A DNA stretch of 64,000 bases from an uncultured delta proteobacterium (GCA_963727445.1 CAVSGI010000021.1:320001-384000), one strand, 5' to 3'; shown: positions 29,603 through 42,500, numbered from the stretch's first letter. Program-made: numbers and translations. The notes: generated by a model not told the origin, from the letters alone.

Positions 29603-31351
29603 CTACTTCTTGCGGATCAGCGGCATGGCGGTGCCGGTCATCGAGGCGCTGGCCTCGGGCGGCGGGCCCTCAGCGGGGAGCTGGACCAGCAGCTCGGCGC
29701 CGCCGCCGGGGGCGTCGCCGATCTCCACCGAGCCGCCGTGGTCGCCCACGATGCGGTGGACGATCGCGAGGCCGAGCCCGGTGCCGCCCGCCTTCGTGGT
29801 GTAGTAGGGCTCGAAGATGCGGAGGCGCTCCTCCTCCGGGATCCCCGGCCCGCTGTCCTGGATGCGAATGGACGCGCCTTCGCCCCAGGGCTCGACGATC
29901 ACCTTCACCGGTCCCGCTGTCCCACCCTCTTCGCCCCCGCCCCCCGAGGCTTCGATGGCGTTCTTGACCAGGTTCTCGAGGACCTGGGTGAGTTGATCGC
30001 GGTCGCCCTTGATCTCGCCGACCTTGCCCTTCACCTCGAAGCTCACCCCCTCGTCGCGGTGGAGAGAGACCACGTGAGAGACGATCTCCACCACGTTCAG
30101 CACGTCGGAGCGCGGCCGCGGCATGCGCGCGAATTGGCTGAACTCGGTGACGATGCGCCTGAGGCGCTCCACCTCTTCGAGGATGGTGAGCGTCGACTCC
30201 TCGAAGATCTCGGGGAAGTCGGGATGCTGCTTCTTGTACGTCTTGCGCATCGTCTCGATGGAGATCTGGATCGGTGAGAGCGGGTTCTTGATCTCGTGGG
30301 CGATGCGTCGCGCGATGTCGCGCCAGGCGGCGATGCGCTCCGCCCGCAGGAGCTTGCGCTGGGTTCGGCGCAGCTCGCGCGTCATGTCGTTGAAGGCGCC
30401 GAGGGCCTTGCCCACCTCGCCCCCGGAACGAACGGTGACGGTCGCCGTGAGATCGCCCGCGCCCACGCGCCGCGTCGCCTCCTCGAGCTCCGCCAGCGGC
30501 CTCGACAGCCAGATCGCCGATGCGCCGCCCACCAACAGCGCCAGGAAGACGGCGAAGAGCCCCGCGAAGAGCAGCCCGCGGTCCAGCGACGCCAGCTGGG
30601 TTTCGAGCGCCGAGTCGTCCAGGAGCGCGACCAGGTGCGCGGCGGGCTCCCCCTCGGCGTCGTCGAAGGCGTGCACCAGGCGCTGGTCGGCCGAGTCGGG
30701 CTCGGCCACGCCCTCGCTCAGCACCATCTCGACGTCGTGGGAGCCGCTGGCGAGATCGGCGACGTAGCTCGACGACAGGACCCGCCCGCCGACCACCCAG
30801 AGCTGCATGTTGCTGCGATCGGCCACGCATGCGGCGAGGAGCGCCCGCACGTCCGCGTGTCCATCTCCCCGTGCGACGCGCACCTCGGTGAGGAAGGGGC
30901 GCTCCGCCGCGTCCTGCGCCTCCTCCGCCAGGACCGGCGCGCGCGCGCCGCCGAGGCTCGGCAGGTGGCCGGCCCCCAGAACCTCCCCCACGTGCTCCGG
31001 GCGGCCGTCGAGGAGGTAGAGCACGTCGAGGCCGAGGGAGCGCATGAGCGGCGGCAGAAGCTCGCCGAGCTCCCGCTGGCGGCTGTCGTCGAAGCGATCG
31101 CTCGCCACGTCGAGGAGCAGGTGGTCGATGACGAAGTCGCGCTCGCAGAGCCGGTCGATCGCGCGCCGGTCTTCGTCGATGCGCTCGTCGACCCGATGCG
31201 ACGCCGCGGAGACGGCGCGATCCATGCGCCGCGCGTGCTCCTGCCGCGTGCTCTCGACGATGTTGCTGCGCGCGAACCAACCCACGGCCAGCACCGGGGC
31301 CAGCGCGGCCACCAGCGTTCCGAGGATCACTCGGGCCCGCATCCCCCGCAT
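29603..31351 (-). CDS. HAMP-domain sensor histidine kinase (NtrY-like)
   Basis: Two TMs, HAMP, AAWRDIARRIAHEIKNPL, DSGPG, FEPYYTTKAGGTGLGL. Confidence 0.92.
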   Translation of the reverse strand: MRGMRARVILGTLVAALAPVLAVGWFARSNIVESTRQEHARRMDRAVSAASHRVDERIDEDRRAIDRLCERDFVIDHLLLDVASDRFDDSRQRELGELLPPLMRSLGLDVLYLLDGRPEHVGEVLGAGHLPSLGGARAPVLAEEAQDAAERPFLTEVRVARGDGHADVRALLAACVADRSNMQLWVVGGRVLSSSYVADLASGSHDVEMVLSEGVAEPDSADQRLVHAFDDAEGEPAAHLVALLDDSALETQLASLDRGLLFAGLFAVFLALLVGGASAIWLSRPLAELEEATRRVGAGDLTATVTVRSGGEVGKALGAFNDMTRELRRTQRKLLRAERIAAWRDIARRIAHEIKNPLSPIQISIETMRKTYKKQHPDFPEIFEESTLTILEEVERLRRIVTEFSQFARMPRPRSDVLNVVEIVSHVVSLHRDEGVSFEVKGKVGEIKGDRDQLTQVLENLVKNAIEASGGGGEEGGTAGPVKVIVEPWGEGASIRIQDSGPGIPEEERLRIFEPYYTTKAGGTGLGLAIVHRIVGDHGGSVEIGDAPGGGAELLVQLPAEGPPPEASASMTGTAMPLIRKK

Positions 31352-31354
31352 CGA

Positions 31355-33808
31355 TCAGCCCTCGGGCGGCGGCGCCGCCGCTCCTTCCGATCCGCTCGTC
31401 TCCTCGGGCGAGCTCGGCGCGGGCGCGGGCGCAGAGCCGCCCATCTGCTCCATCAAGAAGGTGCCGGGGTCGGCGACGTCGGGGGGGCGGGCGACCTCGG
31501 TGGGGGCGGTCCCTTCGAGGAAGACCTCGTCGATGGCGCCCTCCATCCCGTCGTAGGCCAACAGGCCCGAGGAGGGGTCGATCCGCGCCGTCACCACGCC
31601 GCTCGGCATCGGGAAGTCCACCGCCGGCTGGCCCTGCTCGCGCGCCGCGATCACGTCCACCCAGACCGGGAGCGCTGCGCGCCCGCCGCTCTCGCGACGG
31701 CCCAGGGGCCGGTTGTCGTCGAAGCCGATCCACACGCCGGCGACGGTGCTCGGCGTGTAGCCGATGAACCACGCGTCACGAGCTTCGTTGCTGGTGCCGG
31801 TCTTGCCCGCCGCCGGGCGCTCGAGCGACTGCGCGGCTCGCGCCGTGCCCTCCTCCACGACGCTGGTGAGCATGTCGGTGATCAGGAACGCTTCGGCCGG
31901 GGTCATCACGTCGCGCGGCGCCTCCGGGGTGGGGAGGGCGACGTCGCTTCCGTCGGGGCCCTCGATGCGGCTGATCAGGCGCGTCGGCGCCCAGCGACCG
32001 CCGGCGGCGAAGGTCGCGTAGGCGTTGGTCATCTCGAGGGGCGAGACCTCGCTCGCGCCGAGGGCGAGGGCGAGGCTGGGATCGAGATCGGAGGTGATCC
32101 CCAGCTCGCGCGCGAAGCTCACCACCTCCGGCGGGGTCACGTCCTCGATCACGCGGATGGCGACGACGTTGATGGAGCGCGCCAGGGCCTCGCGCAGCCG
32201 GATCTGGCCGGTGTAGTTCCAGGTCTCGTAGTTCTCGGGCTTCCACTCGTCGTAGACCGCGGGGGCGTCGAGGACGATCGAGGCGGGGGTGAAGCGGCGC
32301 GTCTTGAGGCCGAGGCCGTAGACCAGCGGCTTGAAGGTGCTGCCCGGCTGGCGCGCGGCGTCGGTGGCGCGGTCGAAGCCGACCGCTCGTTCGTAGCCCC
32401 CGACCAGGGCGAGGATGTCGCGGGTGCGTGGGTCGATCACCACCACCGCGCCCTGGGGGCCGAGCTCCATCCGCATCTCGGCGCGATCCTCCGGCTCCTC
32501 GGGATCCGGCGCGCGCAGGAGCGACACCCGCACCACCGCGCCCTCTTCGTAGAACGCGCTGGGGGCGAGCCCCTCGGGGTTGTAGCGCTCGGGGATCGTG
32601 ACCTCGCCCGGGATGCCCCCGACGTCGAGGAGGAGCTTGTCCCGCTCGTCGTCCGCGCCCACCACCGCGGCCCGATACGAGCGACCGGGGCGCAACGTCT
32701 CCTGCGGCTCGATCCGCCGCTGGCTCCGGCGCCGCGGCTGGCTCAGCGGCCCGCGATAGTCGTGACGCTCGTCGAGGGCCTCCAGGTTCTCGCGGAGGGC
32801 GACGCGCGCGCGCTCTTCGAGCCCCAGGTCGATGGTGGTGTGCACCGTGAAGCCGCCGCGCCGGTACGCCTCTTCGCCCACCTGCTCGCGCAGCGCGTGG
32901 CGCGCGAGCACCAACACCTCCGGTGCGTTCGGGCTCGCCTCCGGCGCCGGGGCGAGCACCATCGGCGCCTCGCGCGCCTCGCGGATCTCTTCGAGGCCGA
33001 GGTCGGGCCAGTGCTCCTCGCGCTTGGCTTCGAGCTGGTCGAGGATGAAGCGCTGGCGGCGCCGCGCCGCCTCGGGGTGGCTGCGCGGGGACAGATGGGT
33101 GGGCGACTGGGGGATGCCCGCGATGAGCGACGCCTGGGTCAGGGTGAGATCCTCGACGTCGCAATCGAAGTAGAAGCGCGCGGCCTCCTGAACGCCGTAG
33201 CGGCCGTGGCCGTAGTTGATGTGGTTCAGGTAGAGGTGGAGGATCTCGTCCTTGGTGAGCTCCTGCTCGATGCGCCGTGCCAGGATCAGCTCGCGGATCT
33301 TTCGCGACATGGTCTGCTCCGGCGAGAGGAGCAGGAGCTTCACCAGCTGCTGGGTGATGGTGCTGGTGCCGCGCGGCCGGCTCCCGGTGAGGATGGCGCG
33401 CAGAACGGCGCGGACCAGGCCCGGATAGTCGAGACCCTCGTGCTGGTAGAAGTCGGCGTCCTCGGCGGCCAGCACCGACAAGACCAGCACCCGCGGGATG
33501 CGCTCCATCGGTACCACCGTGCGCCGCTCGGTGAAGACCTCGCCGAGGAGCTCTCCGTTGCGGTCCACCACACGCGTCGTCTGCGGAGGCTGGTAGCTCG
33601 ACAGGACGTCGGTGGAGGGCAGATCGCGGCCGAAGTACCACAGGACCCCGGCGATGCTCCCGACGCCGGCCAGGAGCAGGATGAGCGCCGTCAGCGCGAG
33701 CCTCTTGAGCCAGACGACGAGGCGGCTCTTCTTCTTCCCGCTCTTCACGGACCGCTGGCGCGCGGTCTTGCGCGCGCGGTCGACGCTTTTCGATGGGGCT
33801 CGGCTCAT
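31355..33808 (-). CDS. mrcA: Class A penicillin-binding protein (PBP1A family)
   Basis: Transglycosylase motifs AAEDADFYQH, GTSTITQQLVK, RKIRE, LYLN. Transpeptidase motifs RQPGSTFK, SIN, GKTGT. Confidence 0.93.
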   Translation of the reverse strand: MSRAPSKSVDRARKTARQRSVKSGKKKSRLVVWLKRLALTALILLLAGVGSIAGVLWYFGRDLPSTDVLSSYQPPQTTRVVDRNGELLGEVFTERRTVVPMERIPRVLVLSVLAAEDADFYQHEGLDYPGLVRAVLRAILTGSRPRGTSTITQQLVKLLLLSPEQTMSRKIRELILARRIEQELTKDEILHLYLNHINYGHGRYGVQEAARFYFDCDVEDLTLTQASLIAGIPQSPTHLSPRSHPEAARRRQRFILDQLEAKREEHWPDLGLEEIREAREAPMVLAPAPEASPNAPEVLVLARHALREQVGEEAYRRGGFTVHTTIDLGLEERARVALRENLEALDERHDYRGPLSQPRRRSQRRIEPQETLRPGRSYRAAVVGADDERDKLLLDVGGIPGEVTIPERYNPEGLAPSAFYEEGAVVRVSLLRAPDPEEPEDRAEMRMELGPQGAVVVIDPRTRDILALVGGYERAVGFDRATDAARQPGSTFKPLVYGLGLKTRRFTPASIVLDAPAVYDEWKPENYETWNYTGQIRLREALARSINVVAIRVIEDVTPPEVVSFARELGITSDLDPSLALALGASEVSPLEMTNAYATFAAGGRWAPTRLISRIEGPDGSDVALPTPEAPRDVMTPAEAFLITDMLTSVVEEGTARAAQSLERPAAGKTGTSNEARDAWFIGYTPSTVAGVWIGFDDNRPLGRRESGGRAALPVWVDVIAAREQGQPAVDFPMPSGVVTARIDPSSGLLAYDGMEGAIDEVFLEGTAPTEVARPPDVADPGTFLMEQMGGSAPAPAPSSPEETSGSEGAAAPPPEG

Positions 33809-33906
33809 CCTGCCTCGGGAGCACGCAATGCGCGCGCCGAGACCTTACTCACGCCAGATCCCCTGCGCAATGCGCCCGACAGCGGCACCCCTGCCACGTC
33901 GCCGTG

Positions 33907-34605
33907 TCACCCGGACGACGGCCCGAGGCAATCGCGGACGACCTCTGCGGCGTCCTTCACCGAGGTCATCAAGTACTGCGCCAGGAGCGCCTCCCGCCGC
34001 GCCTCGTCGAGGTCCCCGCGGTGGCCCTTCGACGCGATCGCCAGGGTCACGGCGGCCGCCACCGACACGTTGAGGCTCTCGACGAAGCCGTACATCTCGA
34101 CGGCGAAGGAGCCGTCCGCGGCGCCGCGCATCGCCTGGCTCGCGCCCGCGTGCTCGTTGCCGAAGACCAGCGCGACCTGTTGTCGCGCCGCGAGGTCGTC
34201 GGGCGTGAGCTCACCATCCATCGCGGCGACCAGGACCTCGAAGCCGCGCGCGTGCAGCGCATCGACGCAGGCCTTCGCGTCGGCGTGGCGCACGATGTCG
34301 AGCCAACGATGCGTACCCTTCGCGACGCGGTGGGCGGCGAGGAAGCCGTGCTGGCTCGGGATCACGTGCACCTCCTGCACGCCGAAGGCGTCCGCCGAGC
34401 GCATGATCGCCGAGCCGTTGTGCGGGTCGGTGAGCTCTTCGAGAACCACCGTGAGGCTTCCGCTCCGCTGCGCGATCACCTCTTGCATTCGCGCGAGGCG
34501 CGCCTCGGTGACCAGCGGTGACAGGACGCGGACGATGTCGGAGGCGGGCGCGATCAGGCCCGCCTTTTCGGGAACCTCGTAGGCATCCGGGTCATCGCGG
34601 CGCAT
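33907..34605 (-). CDS. TrmH/SpoU family RNA 2'-O-methyltransferase
   Basis: DPHNGSAIMRSADAFG, ALVFGNEHAG, MYGFVESLNVSVAA. Start placed at ATG 34605. Confidence 0.92.
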   Translation of the reverse strand: MRRDDPDAYEVPEKAGLIAPASDIVRVLSPLVTEARLARMQEVIAQRSGSLTVVLEELTDPHNGSAIMRSADAFGVQEVHVIPSQHGFLAAHRVAKGTHRWLDIVRHADAKACVDALHARGFEVLVAAMDGELTPDDLAARQQVALVFGNEHAGASQAMRGAADGSFAVEMYGFVESLNVSVAAAVTLAIASKGHRGDLDEARREALLAQYLMTSVKDAAEVVRDCLGPSSG

Positions 34606-34648
34606 CGCCCCTGGTCTACCACGCTTCCTTCCCGTATGACGTGCCTGC

Positions 34649-35320
34649 ATGTCGAGGGGTGAGTCGGCGCTCAGAAGGCGGATCTGCGAGCTCGCGAAGG
34701 TGCTCTACGAGCGCGGCCACAACGCGCCCGGCGACGGCAACCTCTCGGCGCGGCTCTCGGAGCGCTATCTCCTGTGCACCCCGTCGGGCGTGCACAAGGG
34801 GCTGCTCGAGCCTTCCCAGATCGTCAAGCTCGCCGCCTCCGACGGGCGGCCCGTCGACGACCGCCAGCGCGCGTCGAGCGAGCTTCGGATGCACCTCGCC
34901 CTCTTCCGGGCGCGACCCGACGTGCACGCCATCATCCACGCGCATTCCCCCAACGCGGTGGCCCTCACGGTCGCCGGCGTCTCCATGGACGAGCCGGTGG
35001 TGCCGGAGGTGGTGCTGGCGCTCGGCGGCGTCCCCACCGTCCCCTACGCCTCGCCCACCACCACCGACGTGCCGGAGGCGGCGGTCGGCTTCGCGGCGCG
35101 ACACGACGCCTTCATCCTCGAGCGTCACGGCACCGTGGCCCTCGCCGCGGACCTCGACACCGCCTTCATGCACGTCGAGGTGGTGGAGCACACGGCGAAG
35201 ATCACCGTCGCCGCCCTCGCCGCCGGCCGCGCGGCGCCTCTCGACGCCGATGAGCGCGACAAGCTCAGGCGGATGGGGCAGGCGGCGCGCGACGCGATTC
35301 GTTCGCCCCGGCGGCGGTGA
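34649..35320 (+). CDS. Class II aldolase/adducin family protein
   Basis: DGNLSAR, TPSGVHKG, SSELRMH, IIHAHSP, LERHG. Confidence 0.92.
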   Translation: MSRGESALRRRICELAKVLYERGHNAPGDGNLSARLSERYLLCTPSGVHKGLLEPSQIVKLAASDGRPVDDRQRASSELRMHLALFRARPDVHAIIHAHSPNAVALTVAGVSMDEPVVPEVVLALGGVPTVPYASPTTTDVPEAAVGFAARHDAFILERHGTVALAADLDTAFMHVEVVEHTAKITVAALAAGRAAPLDADERDKLRRMGQAARDAIRSPRRR

Positions 35321-35329
35321 GCCGCGCCG

Positions 35330-35956
35330 TCACTCCCAGCGGCACTCGAAGACCGCGCCGGCCGCGTTCGAGTGGCGCATCTCGCAATGCGGGTTCGCTC
35401 CGCCGGTGATCTCGAGGATCCCGCGAAGCATACCGACGTTGGAGTAGTGGTTGAGGCGGCTGTGGACGTGGGGCGGGTGGGAGAGCTCGATCCGGGCCTG
35501 GTGGTCGTCGACCTCGGTGCGCGTCTCGGTGCCGCGTTCGAAGAGGCCGTGCACCTTCGAGGAGATCTTGAGCAAGAAGCCAGGGCCCGCGACGGTGACG
35601 AGCTTTCGGTACATCCGGTTCTTCGCCATCGCGACGGTGCGCTGATAGGTCCAGTCGAGCACCGCCTCTTCGCTGGGGTAGAAGCGGTCGCACACCATGT
35701 GGAACACGGAGTCGCCATAGACCAGCGGCAGCCAGCGGGTCGGCGGCGGGGGATCGGTCACCAGCTCCACGAGCCGGGGCGGCAGGCCGTCGAGGTCCTG
35801 CGTGAAGTCGTGCCCCTCGAGCGCCGACCGGATCATGCTCCCCTTGGTCTGACACTCCGGATAGGAGTCGAGCCCCTCCGGCAGACGCGCCAGATACGCG
35901 GAGAGCGACGGGAAACGGTGGGGATCGACCACGTGTGGATCATACGCGTAGATCAC
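35330..35956 (-). CDS. Myxobacterial DUF2378-like hypothetical protein
   Basis: YLARLPEGLDSYPECQTKGS, PPPTRWLP and C-terminal VFECRW pattern. Confidence 0.65.
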   Translation of the reverse strand: MIYAYDPHVVDPHRFPSLSAYLARLPEGLDSYPECQTKGSMIRSALEGHDFTQDLDGLPPRLVELVTDPPPPTRWLPLVYGDSVFHMVCDRFYPSEEAVLDWTYQRTVAMAKNRMYRKLVTVAGPGFLLKISSKVHGLFERGTETRTEVDDHQARIELSHPPHVHSRLNHYSNVGMLRGILEITGGANPHCEMRHSNAAGAVFECRWE

Positions 35957-36000
35957 GGCGGCTCATGGCCGAGAGTGACCGTCGCGCGCGCCGCAGCCTG

Positions 36001-36558
36001 TCAGCGGCGCCGCATGCGGGGCGTGTCGGCCGTCATGCTGCTCGCGGAGTCGTTGCCCGAGCCGGGTCCCGCCGCGGCGGCGGGGGTTCCACCGCCTGAG
36101 GAGGCGCCCACGCGGACACCGATCACCAGCGTGCCGCCCTGGTAGCGTTGCCCCGCGACGAAGAAGGGATCGCCCGGGGAGGCCACCACCGACAGCAGAG
36201 GCAGATAGTCGTTCTGCTCCGGGCGGTTGATGGAGACGCGGACGCGGTAGCGGCCGTTGGGCATCACCTGCTGCAGGACGATCTGCAGGCGGCGGCCGTT
36301 GGGCAGGTTGACGGTGGTCGGCTGGCCAGTGCGCAGGGACATGTGCGGCCGGTCGAGGACGGACATGGAGGCGTAGCCGTTGAAGGGCGGGCGCCGGAGC
36401 GCGGCGATGCTGCGAAGGGCCGGATCGACCGTCCCCTCCTCCTCCTTGGCGAGGATCACCAGCACCTCTCCGTCGACGGCGCGCTGCGCCATCGCGACGT
36501 TCTCGGACGAGAGCACCGCGACGAGCATCACGGCAAAGGCGAGAATGAGACGCTTCAT
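36001..36558 (-). CDS. Secreted protein co-encoded with the ECF sigma/anti-sigma pair
   Basis: Signal peptide, ATGA overlap with the anti-sigma gene, FFVAGQRYQGGTLVIGV. Confidence 0.78.
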   Translation of the reverse strand: MKRLILAFAVMLVAVLSSENVAMAQRAVDGEVLVILAKEEEGTVDPALRSIAALRRPPFNGYASMSVLDRPHMSLRTGQPTTVNLPNGRRLQIVLQQVMPNGRYRVRVSINRPEQNDYLPLLSVVASPGDPFFVAGQRYQGGTLVIGVRVGASSGGGTPAAAAGPGSGNDSASSMTADTPRMRRR

Positions 36559-37148
36559 TGAGTCACCTCTTCGTCGCTGATCCAGACCACGGCGATGGGC
36601 TCGCCCACTTCACCTTCGACGGCGAAGACGGTGCCTGTGTTCTCTCCGAAGTCGACCTCCACCACTTCGCTGCCGTGCGGCGGCTCGACGTGCACCATCG
36701 CCTGCTCTTCCTCGATGATGAGCTCGGGTGACTCCGGTACCTGGTCGGTCTGGTCGTCGGCGACCTGGTCGTCGTTCTGTCCGGGTCCGATGATGGCGAA
36801 GAGCACGGCCGCGGCGATCGCCACCGCCACGATCGGGACGGCGACACGCCACGCTTCGGCGGCCTTCGGCGGCTTGCGGCTGGGAACCTCCCCACCTTTG
36901 ATCAGATAGAGGCTCTGGCCGGTCTTCGTCCCGACGCTGATGGTCTCGAACATCGCGTCCGAGTCGAGATCCTCCGCGTCGGCCTCGGCGGCCAGCACCA
37001 CGAAGTCGTGGATGCGTCCGAGAGCGTCGAGCCGTGCCTGCGTCTCCTCGGACTCTTCGAGGATCGCCCGCACCTCGCTCATCTCCTCTTCGGGCAGCTC
37101 GCCGTCGAAGTACTGCTGGAGCTTGTCGTCTGCCAGGGGCGCGGTCAT
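36555..37148 (-). CDS. Putative membrane anti-sigma factor
   Basis: LQQYFDGELPEEE N-domain, a single TM, and ATGA overlap with the sigma gene. Confidence 0.82.
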   Translation of the reverse strand: MTAPLADDKLQQYFDGELPEEEMSEVRAILEESEETQARLDALGRIHDFVVLAAEADAEDLDSDAMFETISVGTKTGQSLYLIKGGEVPSRKPPKAAEAWRVAVPIVAVAIAAAVLFAIIGPGQNDDQVADDQTDQVPESPELIIEEEQAMVHVEPPHGSEVVEVDFGENTGTVFAVEGEVGEPIAVVWISDEEVTQ

Positions 37149-37804
37149 CTCATTCCTCGATACGCGAGATCCCCACCCAGGTATTCGCTGAGGGAGTCCT
37201 GCATCTTTCGTCGTGCGTGAAAAAGTCGGCTCATGATCGTGCCCTTCGGCACCTTGAGGACGCTCGCCATCTCTTCGTAGCTGAGCCCCTCCACCTCGCG
37301 CAGCATGATCACCGCCCGGTGGTACTCGGGGAGCTCGTCGAGGGCCTTCTGGATGGCCATGGTCAGCTCTTTGCGAAGCACTGTCTTGCTCGGGTTGCCG
37401 TCGAGGATCTCGGGAAGGAGCGCACCATCACCGGCGACGTCGCCGCTCTCCCGCCCGACGCGATCGTCGTAGTCCAGATCGCGACCCTTCTTGGCGCGCC
37501 GGACGTGATCGATGGAGAGGTTCATGACGATGCGATAGAGCCATGTGTAGAAGCTGCTGGAGCCTTGGAAGTTACCGATGTGTCGGTGGACTTTGATGAA
37601 AGCGTCTTGAACGATGTCGAGCGCGTCCTGCTTGTTCTTCACCACACCGAATGCGACCGCGAACGCACGACGGTGGTATCGGTCGAAGAGCTCGCGGAAG
37701 GCGCTGTCGTCGCCATCCTGAACCTTCCCCACCAGCTCGCGGTCACTGGTGGCCGAGTCGGTGTCCTTTTCGGGCTTCGACGCCGGTTTACCTGTCGGAT
37801 TCAC
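37145..37804 (-). CDS. ECF RNA polymerase sigma factor (RpoE-like)
   Basis: DALDIVQDAFIK, SSFYTWLYRIVMN, LREVEGLSYEEMA, PKGTIMSRLFHAR. Confidence 0.95.
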   Translation of the reverse strand: MNPTGKPASKPEKDTDSATSDRELVGKVQDGDDSAFRELFDRYHRRAFAVAFGVVKNKQDALDIVQDAFIKVHRHIGNFQGSSSFYTWLYRIVMNLSIDHVRRAKKGRDLDYDDRVGRESGDVAGDGALLPEILDGNPSKTVLRKELTMAIQKALDELPEYHRAVIMLREVEGLSYEEMASVLKVPKGTIMSRLFHARRKMQDSLSEYLGGDLAYRGMR

Positions 37805-37966
37805 CGGATTTTCGCCCTTCTCGGAGACCGGCCCCTGCGAGCGAGGCGGGCTTCATCATCGGTGGTTGTATCATGGGGCACGGCGCTGAACGAGATTACA
37901 GGCGAAAACGTCTCCATGGGGGAGCGCCTGTGTCATCTGTCTAGGGAGCGGTTAGGTTTGCTCGCC

Positions 37967-40229
<2,263 letters not shown>

Positions 40230-40250
40230 TGCGCGGCCTCGGGGGCCCCG

Positions 40251-41197
40251 TCAGTTGAAGCCGTAGTTGTAGACCGGCTCGCGCGGGTTCGTCCGGCTGA
40301 TCACCGCCCAGTGTCCGTGGTCGGAGAGGTTTTCGAGGTAGAGCGAGAGATCCAGCTCTCCGAAGGGTCTTCCTCTCCTTCGGGCCGCTGCTCGAGCGTG
40401 AGAAGCCTGAGCGTCCCGCCCTCCTTCATGAAGCAGCGGACGGAGGCGGCGGCGTCGGCGGCGACCAGGCATCCTTCGGCCCAGCTCTCGTTCAGGTCTT
40501 CGCTCACGAGCCCGACCGGGCTCTCGGGGTCGTCGCCGTCCGTGAGGAAGCTGTCGAGGGCTTTGCGCATGGCGGTGTCGAAGTCGACGGCGTTGTCGAG
40601 CGCCTCCTGGCGCGCGAGCTCTTCGGCGTCGATCTCCACGCCCGTGCCCTCGAGATCGTACTCGGCGAGGATGGCGGCGACCCGCGCGTCGAGCTCCGCC
40701 TGCGGCCCCTCGGGCGGGGGCGGGGCGACGGTCTCGATCGTCACCTCGTGGACGTCGACGCCCGTGCCACCACCGCCCGTCTGGTCGAAGGTGGTCGTGT
40801 ACGCCGCGACCGGGCTGAGCTCCATGCCGCTGTCGTTGCAGGCGTCGATCTGGAGGTGCAGCGCGACCTCGAGGATGGCGTCACTGGCGTGGGTGATCTG
40901 GATCAGCGATACCCGCGACGCGTTTTCGTCGTAGATGAGCGTCGTCGGCCACTCGTCGGCTGTCAGGTCGTCGGTGTGCGAATCCGAAAGCGCGCCCCCC
41001 TCGAAGGTGAAGTCCCAGCGCGAGAAGGATTGGAAGTCCCCCATCGCCGCGAAGGAGCCACGCAGTGCGCAGCTCTCCCCGTCGGCCTTCCCGCCGCGGG
41101 GGCCGAGGGAGCCGGCCGACTCCGAGGGTTGAGGCGGCGCGCAGCCGAGCGCCAGCGTGAGCGCCAGCGCGCCCGTACGAAGGGAAGCGATCTTCAT
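40251..41197 (-). CDS. Hypothetical lipoprotein (GKAD motif); one frameshift near 40345
   Basis: MKIASLRTGALALTLALGC lipobox, GGKADG. The C-terminus SLYLENLSDHGHWAVISR...YNYGFN lies in another frame. Confidence 0.72.
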
Positions 41198-41318
41198 GAC
41201 GCATGCCCAGAGCAAGCGCCGTTCCCGAGCGGCCCTCAAAGGATCGTTGCGGAAACAGCGCGCCCGGCGTGCTGCGCCGCCGGCCAATCGACTGGCCGTC
41301 CTCCCCGGGGGGGGCGGG

Positions 41319-41642
41319 TCAGTCCTTCGACGCCTTGGCCTTCTTCTTCGTCTTCTTGTCGTCGGCGGAGTCCTTCTTCGACGCGCCGGAGTCCGAGCTA
41401 CTCGCGGAGGAGTCGCTCTTTTCGGAGGAGGAGGGCTTGTCGCCACCCTTGACGTTGCTCTTGCCCGAGTAGAGGTCGGCGTACCATCCGCCCCCCTTGA
41501 GGATGAAGTTGCCCGTGCCCACCAGGCGAACGAGCTTCATCTTCTTGCACTTCGGGCACTTCTTCAGCTTGTCCGCGGTGATGCGCTGTTCGATCTCGAA
41601 CTCGTGCCCACACGCGTCGCAGCGATACTCGTACGTCGGCAT
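41319..41642 (-). CDS. FmdB family zinc-ribbon protein
   Basis: MPTYEYRCDACGHEFE...CPKC...FILKGGGWYADLY with a Ser/Lys-rich tail. Confidence 0.92.
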   Translation of the reverse strand: MPTYEYRCDACGHEFEIEQRITADKLKKCPKCKKMKLVRLVGTGNFILKGGGWYADLYSGKSNVKGGDKPSSSEKSDSSASSSDSGASKKDSADDKKTKKKAKASKD

Positions 41643-41688
41643 CTTGAGTACTCCCGGCTCCGTCGCTCCACTTCGAGGAAGCCGTCTC

Positions 41689-42490
41689 CTAGCCGCCCAT
41701 TTCGCGGCGCTTGAGCGCCTCGAGCGCTTCTTCGAGCTCGGCCATCTCGTCCTCGTCCTCTCGCTCATCTCGGCTTCTGTCCTCGACGCGCGCGGCCACG
41801 GCCGGGGCTTCGTCGGCGACGAGCCCCATCTCTGCTTGAGCTGCGTCGAGGTCCGCGTCGGCGCCCGCGCGTCGCCTCGAGGTTGGCGAACTTGTGCTTC
41901 AGCACGTCGCCGTGTACTCCTCGGCCAGCTCCGCGCCGGCCTCCGCCTCGGCCTCGATCTGGTCGATCTGGTCTCGGCCATCCGGTCGAAGGTGTCGAAG
42001 GCGCTCGTGTCCGAGAGACCGCTCATGGTCTCCTGGATGCTCTTCATCGCCTCGGCGCGGCGCTTGCGGGCGATGAGGACGTTCTTCTTGCGCTTCGCCT
42101 CTTCGATCTTGTTGTTCAGGGCGCGGAGCGCGGTCTTGAGCTGGTTGACCGCCTGGCGCTGCTTCTCCCACTGCTCCTGGAAGCTCTGCGCGAGGGTGCC
42201 GTGCTCCTTCTTGCGGAGCAGCGCTTCCTTGGCGAGGCCGTCGTCACCGGCGCGCACCGCCATCATGGCCTTGCGCTCCCACTCCTCGGCGACCGCAGCC
42301 TCGTTGTTGAACTGCTTCTGGAGCCGCTTCTCGTCGGCGATGGCGACGGCGACCTGCTTCTTGGCCTCGACGAGCTGCGGTTCATGTCGAGGATGACCTG
42401 ATTGAGCATCTTCTCCGGGTCTTCCGCCCGGTTGATCAGGTCGTTGAGGTTGCTCTTGATGAGCTGCGCGAGGCGTCCGAAGAAACCCAT
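41689..42490 (-). CDS. pspA: PspA/IM30 family protein, several frameshifts
   Basis: MGFFGRLAQLIKSNLNDLINRAEDPEKMLNQ, AGDDGLAKEAL, KIEEAKRKKNVLIAR, AFDTFDRM, DQIEAEAEA. Confidence 0.88.
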
Positions 42491-42500
42491 GGTCGTCCCA

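Noticed and set aside
30296..34582. 1428-aa plus-strand ORF (also 46951-49698, 44009-46156, 18615-21011, 13205-15370 and similar)
   Set aside because: These are antisense shadows of well-supported genes on the opposite strand, expected in high-GC DNA, and have no recognisable motifs.
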